Source: a virus
Taxonomy: Duplodnaviria > Caudoviricetes
Virus record (IMG/VR): IMGVR_UViG_3300037313_000559
Location: 1 to 31,155 of that record
Strand: one strand, 5' to 3'
Length of the DNA stretch: 31,155 nucleotides
Below, piece after piece: positions 15,911-24,400 of the stretch. Below the pieces are notes generated by a model, which ran no database searches, was not told the origin of the DNA, and saw nothing but the letters and a program-made list of their open reading frames with translations. The first letter of the stretch is position 1. Every line of letters begins with the position of its first letter. Made by a program: the position numbers and the translations under genes.

Positions 15911-16611
15911 TGGGATACAGGGCGGCCCTGCTGAATTTCAGCAAAGGCGAAATTGCGCCTGAGCTGGAAGCGCGTTTCGACCTTTCTGCGTACCAGGTCG
16001 GGCTTCGCCTGGCGCGCAATGTGAAGATCCGTCGCACAGGCGGCGTCAGCAAGCGGATGGGCACCCGGTTCGTCGCCGAATGCCTTAGTAGCACGGCCCG
16101 CTTGTTCCCGTTCCAATTCAGCGATGAACAGGGATACGCGCTGGAGTTTGGCCAGGCGTACATGCGACCGCTCGCGCTGGGCGGCGCTGTCTTGGAAGAA
16201 GGGCTGAAGGTAACCGCCATCACCAAGGCGGCCCAGGCCAAGATCACAGCAGCCTTTCATGACTATGCCATCGGAGAACAAGTTTATTTGCGATCCGATG
16301 ACCCGGCCGCCTTTGGGATGCGCGAAATTCTCGATCGTTGGCTGACCATCGTGTCTGTACAAGATGACAACAATTTCACGGTCGACATCGACTCAACCAA
16401 CTTCAGTACGTTTGGGGTCGACGTTGGCACTGTACGGGTTGGCGATCCTCCGGCGCCGCCCCCGCCGCCAACCGTTCCGCCACCCGCCCCGGAGCCCACA
16501 CCACCAGACATCGGCTCAGGCTCTGGTGGCGGATATGAGGAGACATCTCCCGGCAGCGGTAACTACGAGTGGCGATGGAACCGCGAAGGCGGCTTCACGG
16601 ACATTCCCTGA
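15910..16611 (+). CDS. Tail tubular protein B (nozzle), N-terminal part with E1-FCCH-like insertion and polyproline tail
   Basis: NFSKGEIAP.L.AR.DL..Y, GG...R.GT.FV, RL.PF.FS....Y.LEFG..YMR; ITKA..A.IT...H...GE.V. Confidence 0.8.
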   Translation: MGYRAALLNFSKGEIAPELEARFDLSAYQVGLRLARNVKIRRTGGVSKRMGTRFVAECLSSTARLFPFQFSDEQGYALEFGQAYMRPLALGGAVLEEGLKVTAITKAAQAKITAAFHDYAIGEQVYLRSDDPAAFGMREILDRWLTIVSVQDDNNFTVDIDSTNFSTFGVDVGTVRVGDPPAPPPPPTVPPPAPEPTPPDIGSGSGGGYEETSPGSGNYEWRWNREGGFTDIP

Positions 16612-18428
16612 TGCCCGTTCATCGCATTCACCGAACGCCGTCGCCCTTCAATGCGGTCGAGCTCAATGAAATCGACTTCGAGCAGACCGCCGATGTTCTT
16701 TACCTGGCGCACGAAAATCACAAGCCGAACAAGCTCATTCGCACCGACCACGCGGCGTGGTCATTCAATGATGTCGCCTTCGGCCCGACGATCGGCGTTC
16801 CCTCTGGCGTGTCGGGTAGTGCGACCAAGCCGAACACGGATTCGGCGAACAGCGGCAACGCTTATTTCCCCCAGAACGCCACCTATGTCGTCACCGCCTA
16901 TAACGAGGAAACCGGGCAGGAAAGCCGCGCCTCTTCGTCGGTCACGCTCAACAACGACCTAGGGCTCAAACGGAATTACAATACGGTCACTTGGAGCGCC
17001 GTCGCAGGGGCAACTGGCTATCGGGTTTATAAGGCCGAGAACAGCCAGCTGTATGGCTACATTGGAACGACCGACCAGCTGACCTTCCGGGATGACAACA
17101 TTGGCCCTGACCTCAGCCAAGGCCCGCCGATCGGGGACAATCCCTTCAATGCGCCCGGCGATTATCCAGCCACCATCACCTTCCACGAGCAGCGGGCGTT
17201 CTGGGGCCGCACGGTCAATCGGCCCAATGCCGTTTTTGCATCCCGGTCGGCAGATTATGAAAACATGGATTTCACCCGCCCGACGCGGGAAGATGACGCC
17301 TTCGCGATTGGCCTGGTCGCGAACAAGGTCAATTCGGTCAACCAGCTCGTTTCATCGAAGCAGGGCCTACTGGCGTTGACTAGCCACAACATTTTCTCGA
17401 TCCAGGGCTCCAACGAGGATTATATCACGGCCGCGCCGCCTCCGCGTGTCCGGCCGGAAATCAGCCGCGGCGTGTCGCGCCTCAATCCCATCATCGTCGA
17501 TAATGTAACCTTCTACGAAACGGCCAAGACCGGCGAAATCCGGACCATCGGCTATGAGTTCGAAATGGACGGGATCAGGACGGACGATCTGACCATCTTC
17601 TCCCGGCACCTGTTCGAGAATGAGGATGTCGTCGATTGGGCTTATGCTGAGAAGCCGGCGTCGGCCATCTGGCTGGTCCGGGCCGATGGCAAGTTCCTCT
17701 GTTTGACGTGGGACCAGGCGCAGCAAGTCTGGGGATGGACGCTTTGCGAAACTGATGGGCTGGTGAAGCGGGTTTGCGTTGTCACTGAGCAGGGCGAAGA
17801 TCGGCTGTACATGCTGGTCGAGCGCGAGATTGACGGCGATCCCAAGCTCTACGTCGAGCGCATGGCTTCGGAGCTGTGGCAGGATCAGAAAGATGCCTGC
17901 TACCTGGATTGCGCCCGGACCTTCACCAATGGCGTCCCGGTTTCGTTTGTGGACCGCCTCGACCATCTGGAGGGCCGGGAAGTCGTCGCATGGGTCGACG
18001 GGGTTGTTGTCGACAAGGATGCCGATGGCGAGCCGCTGACGGTCACCAACGGCGCGCTGACACTGCCGCATCCCGGCAGCATCATCACGGTCGGGTTACC
18101 GTTCACCGCTTCGATTGAAACCCTCCCACTGGCGATCCAGACCGGCTCCGGATGGAACGTGGCCCGGCCGCAGCAGGCCGCTAAGGTTGTGCTTCGCGTC
18201 GTCAAGACACGCAACATCAGCGCCGGGCCGTCCGATGCGCTACTGTTCCCCGTCAAGCAGCGGGAAACCGAGGGCTATGATGATCCGATCGCACTAATGA
18301 CCGGCGACTTCGAAGCCGAGATGTCGGGAACGTCCGGCAATGAAACTGTTGTCGTTGTGCAATCGTCCGATCCGGCGCCGATGCACATTGCCGCCATCCT
18401 TGTCGAACCCATCATGGGGGACAAGTGA
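16611..18428 (+). CDS. Tail tubular protein B (nozzle, T7 gp12-like), C-terminal part (605 aa)
   Basis: TGATG-coupled start; P(F)...EL..I.F.Q.ADV.YL.H, YP..ITFHEQR, DLTI.S.HLF, QV.GW, YLDC. Confidence 0.85.
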   Translation: MPVHRIHRTPSPFNAVELNEIDFEQTADVLYLAHENHKPNKLIRTDHAAWSFNDVAFGPTIGVPSGVSGSATKPNTDSANSGNAYFPQNATYVVTAYNEETGQESRASSSVTLNNDLGLKRNYNTVTWSAVAGATGYRVYKAENSQLYGYIGTTDQLTFRDDNIGPDLSQGPPIGDNPFNAPGDYPATITFHEQRAFWGRTVNRPNAVFASRSADYENMDFTRPTREDDAFAIGLVANKVNSVNQLVSSKQGLLALTSHNIFSIQGSNEDYITAAPPPRVRPEISRGVSRLNPIIVDNVTFYETAKTGEIRTIGYEFEMDGIRTDDLTIFSRHLFENEDVVDWAYAEKPASAIWLVRADGKFLCLTWDQAQQVWGWTLCETDGLVKRVCVVTEQGEDRLYMLVEREIDGDPKLYVERMASELWQDQKDACYLDCARTFTNGVPVSFVDRLDHLEGREVVAWVDGVVVDKDADGEPLTVTNGALTLPHPGSIITVGLPFTASIETLPLAIQTGSGWNVARPQQAAKVVLRVVKTRNISAGPSDALLFPVKQRETEGYDDPIALMTGDFEAEMSGTSGNETVVVVQSSDPAPMHIAAILVEPIMGDK

Positions 18429-18910
18429 GCGTCCAGCTGGTCCCTGCCCGGCTAACCCATGTCGGGCCGATCGCCGCCAACATGCGCGCCCTCGACCGTC
18501 TGGAGTGCGAAGCGCTCGGACGATCGCCCAAGGATGCGCTGCGCAACGGCCTCAGATGCTCGCTCAGCGCAATCACAGTCATCGAAGGTGGGCAAACCCC
18601 CATCGCCATGCTTGGCGTCGTTCCTACGGCAGTCCTGGGCGGAAGGGGGACCGTCTGGATGCTTGGAACCGAGCGTGTCTTTCAGAATGGCCGGGCGCTG
18701 CTCCAGCTGGGCCCGTTGGTCCTAGCTGACTGGCTCGATCAATTCGGCCGGCTCGAGAACATCATTTCAGCTGACAATGACCGCGCCATCCGCCTGCTGC
18801 GGAAGTGGGGGTTCACGATAGGGGAAGCCGAGCAAGTTTTCAGTGGCGTCCGCTTCGTTCCTTTCTGGCTGGAGCGGGCGGCGATTCAATGCGCTCGCCT
18901 CGCCGCATAG
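18425..18910 (+). CDS. GNAT-fold protein, T7 gp13-like position
   Basis: MR..D..EC.ALG, G.VWMLGT, LEN.I..DN..AIR.L..WGF. Confidence 0.75.
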   Translation: MSVQLVPARLTHVGPIAANMRALDRLECEALGRSPKDALRNGLRCSLSAITVIEGGQTPIAMLGVVPTAVLGGRGTVWMLGTERVFQNGRALLQLGPLVLADWLDQFGRLENIISADNDRAIRLLRKWGFTIGEAEQVFSGVRFVPFWLERAAIQCARLAA

Positions 18911-18919
18911 GCACATTGC
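18881..18919 (+). promoter_or_regulatory. Putative late promoter, copy 8 (ejection-protein operon, leaderless)
   Basis: GCGATTCAA at 18881-18889; TAGGCA at 18908-13; ATG 18920 is 38 nt after C18882. Confidence 0.75.
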
Positions 18920-19426
18920 ATGTGCATCCCTGTAGCCGCTGCTGCCATCGCCGCTGGCGCCATTTCCGCTGCTGGAACCGTCATGCAGGGCTATTCCGCC
19001 ATGCAGCAGGGCAATTATGAGGCGGGTGTTCATCGCATCAATGCCAAGTTGGAGCGGGAAGCCGCCGAACAGAGCCTGAAGGCTGGCGAAAGCGAGCGGA
19101 AGGATTTCTGGCGCAAGGTCGGCCAGGTCAAAGGCCAGCAGGCCGCCTCCATGGCGGCGAACGGTATTGACCTTGGCTTCGGCACGGCGGCCCGCATCCA
19201 GGACGACACGCAACGGCTCGCCAATGAGGATGCCACTAACCTCTACGAGAATATCCACCAGCGGACCCGCGGCTACATCATTAACAACTGGAACGAGCGC
19301 ATGGCCGCGAAATCAGCCAAGCAGCAGGGCAAGGCGGCGTTCGCCGGATCGCTGTTCCAAGGTGCCAGCTCCCTGCTGGGCGGATTCACACAAGCGAGTC
19401 AGCTGAAAACCCGGATGGGCGGCTAG
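18920..19426 (+). CDS. Internal virion/ejection protein (T7 gp14-like), MC...GG
   Basis: MCIPVAAAAIAAG hydrophobic start, G.Q.A..AANGID...GTA motif; ends RMGG. Confidence 0.85.
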   Translation: MCIPVAAAAIAAGAISAAGTVMQGYSAMQQGNYEAGVHRINAKLEREAAEQSLKAGESERKDFWRKVGQVKGQQAASMAANGIDLGFGTAARIQDDTQRLANEDATNLYENIHQRTRGYIINNWNERMAAKSAKQQGKAAFAGSLFQGASSLLGGFTQASQLKTRMGG

Positions 19427-21489
19427 TGGCGCGGGTCGAAATCTACCAGGGCGGCAATGTCCGGCCGGCGTCGACAACCGATGCCCGGCTCAGGGCAGCC
19501 GACTTTTCGGCTTCTCCCCTTGGCGCTGGACTCCGCGCTACTGGCCAGGCGGTTTCTGAGTTCATCGACGCCAAGCAGCAAGCCGACGAAATCCAGGACC
19601 GGGCATCGGTCAAGGAAGCGGTCAACGCGCTTGGCCAGCATTACTCGGAAGTCGGATACACCGGCAGCAATCCCTATTATGAGAAGGCCGGCAAGGATGC
19701 GCTGACACTCCGGCCGGAAGTCGAAAAGGGGCTCGACGAATTTATCCAGACATCCCGCGCTGGGCTGGCCAACGACCGCCAGCGCAAGATCTACGACGAA
19801 GCCGTTACCCCGCAGCGGACAGCTTGGGGCATCCAGATCGCAAACCACGCGCAAAAGGAAGCTCGCCAGTATGACATTGACGAATCGCAGGCGCGGGTCG
19901 GCGTTTCCGGTGAGCTGGCGCGTGGCACCTACATTGCGGACCCGCACCATGCCGAAGAACAGATCGCCAGCGGCCTCGACGAGATCGACAATCTGGCCAG
20001 GCTCAACAGCTGGGGCCCGGATCGCATAGCGGTCGAAAAGCTGAAGTTCACGTCCTCGACGTACCGCGACATCGGCGCGGCCATCATTACCGCCGATCCG
20101 ACCAACGGCCCGACCGTGGCGGCGGCGCTGGTCGAGCAACAAAAAGGCGCGATGACAGCGGACGATCGAGAGTTCGTCCTGAATAACGCTCAGCAGCAAG
20201 TCCGGATGAACGAAGCCGAGAAGCGCCGCGAAGAAGCGGAGCTGAGGCGGATCGAGCGCGAGCAGAAATCAGACGCCAAGGACCGTGCCAATTCGGTCTA
20301 TCGCAACATCCAGGATGGCGTCCCGGTCGACTCTGCCACGCTGGCCGGAGCTATTGCCGATGCGAAGCAAGCCGACGATCCGGCTCTGGCTGAGGGCCTT
20401 CGCCAGGGCGGACTGAAGAATGCGCTCACTCGCCAATATGCCGGCGCTTCACCGGTCGAGCTTCAGGAACGGGTTAATACGCTCAGCGCGGAAATCGTTC
20501 GCGAGGGCGCCAAGGTTTCGCCGGACAAGATTGTCGAACGCGATCATCTGCAAACTTTGCTTGGCCGCGCTAATACCGCCGTCGCAACCGACCCCCTCTC
20601 CTATGGCGCTTCGGCCATGGGGATCGACATCGGCCGGCTCGATCTCAACAACAGCCAAAGCATCCAGGAGCGGTCCCGCGTTGCTGGCATGGTTTCGAAG
20701 CGGACGGGCGGCGCCATCAAGGTCATGACGAACGAAGAGGCGGCAACGTTCGCCCCGATCGTCAATGGCGATAACGTGCAGCAGAAGGCCCGGTTGGCGG
20801 TTGGCCTCGCCAGATTCGGCGGACTGGCTGACGAAGCGTCACGGCAGATCGCGCCGAACAATGACGGCTTCGCCAACTTGGTCGGTCTAGCCGGTCACAC
20901 GAACCACGCAGTTGGAATTTCGCGGGTGACCCAAGTTCTGGCTGGCCAAACCATCCTGAAATCGACGCCGAAGATGATCGACAGGGACGCGGCGATGCGG
21001 ATGTTCGATGCACAAACGGGGCTCGCCTTCACCTTCCTGCCATCCGTCCGGAAAGGCGTTCTCGACAATGCCTTTGCGCTGCTCGCTTATGACGCCAACG
21101 AGCGCGGCGAAAAGGAATGGGGCGGAGCGATCGGGGACAAGGGCTCGCGCTGGTATGCGGCGTTCAATTCAGCGCTCGGTGCCTATACGAGGGACGGCAA
21201 GCAGTACGGCGGGCTGGCTAAGTTGAATGGCGGGGTCACCATCGTTCCCGAAGAGATGGCGGTCCCCGACTTCGAAGCGCGGATTTCGCGGGCGCGAGGT
21301 CAGCAGTTCCGCAATGCCCAGAACGGGCTGCCTGAGCTGGCCAACGGCACGGTCCCGACTGCCGATATGCTCCGCAAGCTCCAGTGGATTCCCGTTCGCG
21401 ATGGCGTTTACCGCCTGTCCAACGGCGCCGCATATATGATGAAAAAGGGTGGCGGCTTCTACGAGGTCGACATCAGGAAGCTCAAATAA
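19426..21489 (+). CDS. Internal virion/ejection protein (T7 gp15-like position, 687 aa)
   Basis: GTG start overlapping the upstream stop; helical Ala/Gln/Glu-rich; synteny. Confidence 0.8.
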   Translation: MARVEIYQGGNVRPASTTDARLRAADFSASPLGAGLRATGQAVSEFIDAKQQADEIQDRASVKEAVNALGQHYSEVGYTGSNPYYEKAGKDALTLRPEVEKGLDEFIQTSRAGLANDRQRKIYDEAVTPQRTAWGIQIANHAQKEARQYDIDESQARVGVSGELARGTYIADPHHAEEQIASGLDEIDNLARLNSWGPDRIAVEKLKFTSSTYRDIGAAIITADPTNGPTVAAALVEQQKGAMTADDREFVLNNAQQQVRMNEAEKRREEAELRRIEREQKSDAKDRANSVYRNIQDGVPVDSATLAGAIADAKQADDPALAEGLRQGGLKNALTRQYAGASPVELQERVNTLSAEIVREGAKVSPDKIVERDHLQTLLGRANTAVATDPLSYGASAMGIDIGRLDLNNSQSIQERSRVAGMVSKRTGGAIKVMTNEEAATFAPIVNGDNVQQKARLAVGLARFGGLADEASRQIAPNNDGFANLVGLAGHTNHAVGISRVTQVLAGQTILKSTPKMIDRDAAMRMFDAQTGLAFTFLPSVRKGVLDNAFALLAYDANERGEKEWGGAIGDKGSRWYAAFNSALGAYTRDGKQYGGLAKLNGGVTIVPEEMAVPDFEARISRARGQQFRNAQNGLPELANGTVPTADMLRKLQWIPVRDGVYRLSNGAAYMMKKGGGFYEVDIRKLK

Positions 21490-24400
21490 TGGGCGTCATC
21501 CCTCAGACCGAAAACACCGAGGGCGTTGGAGCGGGCTTCGGCGCGATCCAAGAGCCGATCGACCGAACCGGCTTCTTCCAGAATATCGGCGCCGGCTATC
21601 GGGCCGCCCAAGCTGGACCGGGGACAACCCGCTCGCGCCAGAACGCCTATGAGGTCGATCTGTACAACCAGGTCATCGACGCACTGACAGCCGAAGGCGA
21701 GATGGGCGACGACTATCTGGAAGTTCGACCGGGGGGCATCGGCTACACCGGGCCCAAGGACATCCCGGTCAATGCCTACGGCGTCGGCCGCGTCCCGATC
21801 AAACGGAAGTTCCGCAACCCATACACCGCTCAGCCGAGCCTCAGTCAGAACGACAACCCGTTGGCGCGGCTCTATCTGGGCGGTGACACGGTTGAGAAGC
21901 AGGCGATCTGGGCGGCGGTCCAGAGGGTCCGCCGTCGCAAGCCGGATTTCCTGAAAGATTTGCCCGACGAAACCGCGCTGGCAACGCGGGCCGTCACCGC
22001 CCGCAACCGTGAACGCGCCAGCGCTGAGGAAGTCATGGCGCGGGCAAACACGGCCGGGACCGTAGGCGGCTTCATCGGCGGAGTGACCGGCAGCATTCTC
22101 GCTGGCGATCCAGAAAATTTCGTCGGCTTCGGCATCAGTAGCGCGCCAGCCAAGACGGTTGCCCGGACCATCATCAAGCGCGGCGTCACCGAAGGCGCAG
22201 TCAACGCTGGCGTTGGCGTCGTCGCCTTGCCTGGTCAGGTTGCAGATGCCGACCGGCTGGGTGACGAGATGACCGCTGGGGATATGGTCCGCTCGGTTGC
22301 CGAACAGGGCGCCGTTGGCCTTGTCTTAGGCACAGCTGCCGCGTCGGCCGGGCCACTCGCGGGCAAGGCCAAAAAGGTAGGCGGCAAGCTAGTCGAGGGA
22401 ACGGTTGATCTGGCGACGAAGCTTCCCGGCACTCGCGATCTTGTCATGGCTCGCGCCCTTGCCACTGGCACCGTCAAGGAACGCGACATGCTGGCGGAAT
22501 ATCGTCGGCTCCATAACCCCTACAGCATCAGCGACACGTCGACCCCGGACGAACGTGCTGCGATGAATGTGCTGGAGCGGGAAGTCGAGGTCCGCGAAGC
22601 TTCGCCGCTACACCCAGACGCTGATCCGGAGCATGAAAACCGACTAGGGGCCGTAGCCGACGCGCTTGGCGTGAAACTCGCGCCAGCTCCCCTGCCCTCA
22701 ACCGCCCCGGTCCAGCAGCCCACTATCAGGGATCGCAGTGACGGACCTTCACCCCGCCGCGTTGCGTCATTCGCCGAGGCCGTCCACCAAGCCGAGGGGA
22801 CAGGCAAGAATCCGGACAGCTCAGCCACTGGGCATTTCCAGTTCATTGATTCGACCTGGCTCGATTACGCGCCACGGGTCACCGACACGAAGGGAATGAG
22901 CCGGTCCAAGATTTTGGGCCTCAGGCAGAACCGCTCGATCGCTGAGGCGGCTGAGCGCCTGTTTCGTGCCGACAATGCCCGATATCTTCGGGCTCGTGGC
23001 GTCGAGGACAGCCCCGGCAACCTAAGCTTGGCGCACTTCCTTGGCGCGACCGATGCGGCCAAGACGCTCCGCGCTGCGCCCGATACGCCGATTGAGCGCA
23101 TCATCGACCCGAAATCGTATCGCGCCAACAAGAAGGTTCTGGAGGGCAAAAGCGCTTCGGAAGTTGTCGCGTGGGCTCACAAGCGCATCGGCGCTTCAAT
23201 CGACGCCCAGCCAGCTCGCGCTGATGCTGTTCCCGACTATGACATAGACGAAATCGACTATGCCTCAGTCCGTCCGTACGAGCGCCGGATTGTTCGGCCA
23301 GACGAGATCGAAACCGACGCTGCTCTGATGCAGTACAAGTCGGGCGGCGATGAAGCCGGCGTTACCGACAAGCTGAAGGATGTCACCAGCTGGAACCCGA
23401 CGCTTTCCTCTGAAATCATGCTCTGGGAAGGTGCTGATGGGCGCTTGATCGTTGTCGACGGTCACCAGCGCACCGGACTGGCTAAAAGGCTCTATGCTGA
23501 AGATCCCACGATTGAGCTGCCAGCGATCGTTTTCCGGGAAGCGGATGGCATTACCGCAGCGCAAGCCCGCGTCCTGGGCGCGATGCGCAACATCAACCTG
23601 GGCACCGGCTCCCTGCTCGACAATGCCCGCGTTCTGAGGGACGCACCGCAGGGCGCTGCCATGCTTCGCGGGGCTGAGAACCGGCGCGAAATCGAGGGGC
23701 TGGCGGGCCTCTCCTATGAAGCGTTCGGCGCCGCCATCAATGACGTGATCGACCCGCGCATTGCTGCTGAGATCGGCCGCCACGCTGGACACGCTCCGGA
23801 AACGCACATGGCCTTGGTCGACTTGCTGGTCAAAAGCCGGGTTTCCAACCCTCGCGAAGCCGCGACGATCGTTCGCCAGGCTCAGGCCGATGGGTTCGGG
23901 ACGCCGCAGGAAGAGCAGCTGGGGATGTTCGGCGACACCCCGGCCCAGTCGCTTTATGTGCCGATTGCGCGTATATTGGACGCGGCTTCGAAGCGGCTCC
24001 GGGACGAACGGCGCACCTTCAAGACGCTCAGCGAGAAGGCCGGGCGGATCGAAGATGCGGGCAATGTCCTGGATCGCACAGCCAACCAAGGGAAGGTCAT
24101 TTCCAGTGACGAAGCGCTCGCAATCCTCAACGCAACCGCCCACTCCAGCGGACCCGTCAGGGATGCCCTCATCGCAGCGGCCCGAACCGAGCTTTCCGGT
24201 TCTCGACGCGCCGATGCCGTCAAGCAATTCCTCGACGCTCTCTCCGGGATCGACCTACGAGCTGCCGCCAGAGGATTGGAACGAGATGGTCCATCTGGCG
24301 AACCATTTGGCGGAGCGGGAAGCGAGGCTGCCGCTGAGGCGTCGGATGCGGACGTTCCTGACGGAAGCCAACCAAGCCTCCTTGATCGAGCCCTAGACAC

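Noticed and set aside
16200-16410. Ubiquitin-like conjugation system (E1-FCCH-like domain plus GG-ending peptides)
   Set aside because: The FCCH-like domain is a non-catalytic insertion common in phage tail proteins; no E1 adenylation, E2 or JAB gene is present and the peptides do not look beta-grasp
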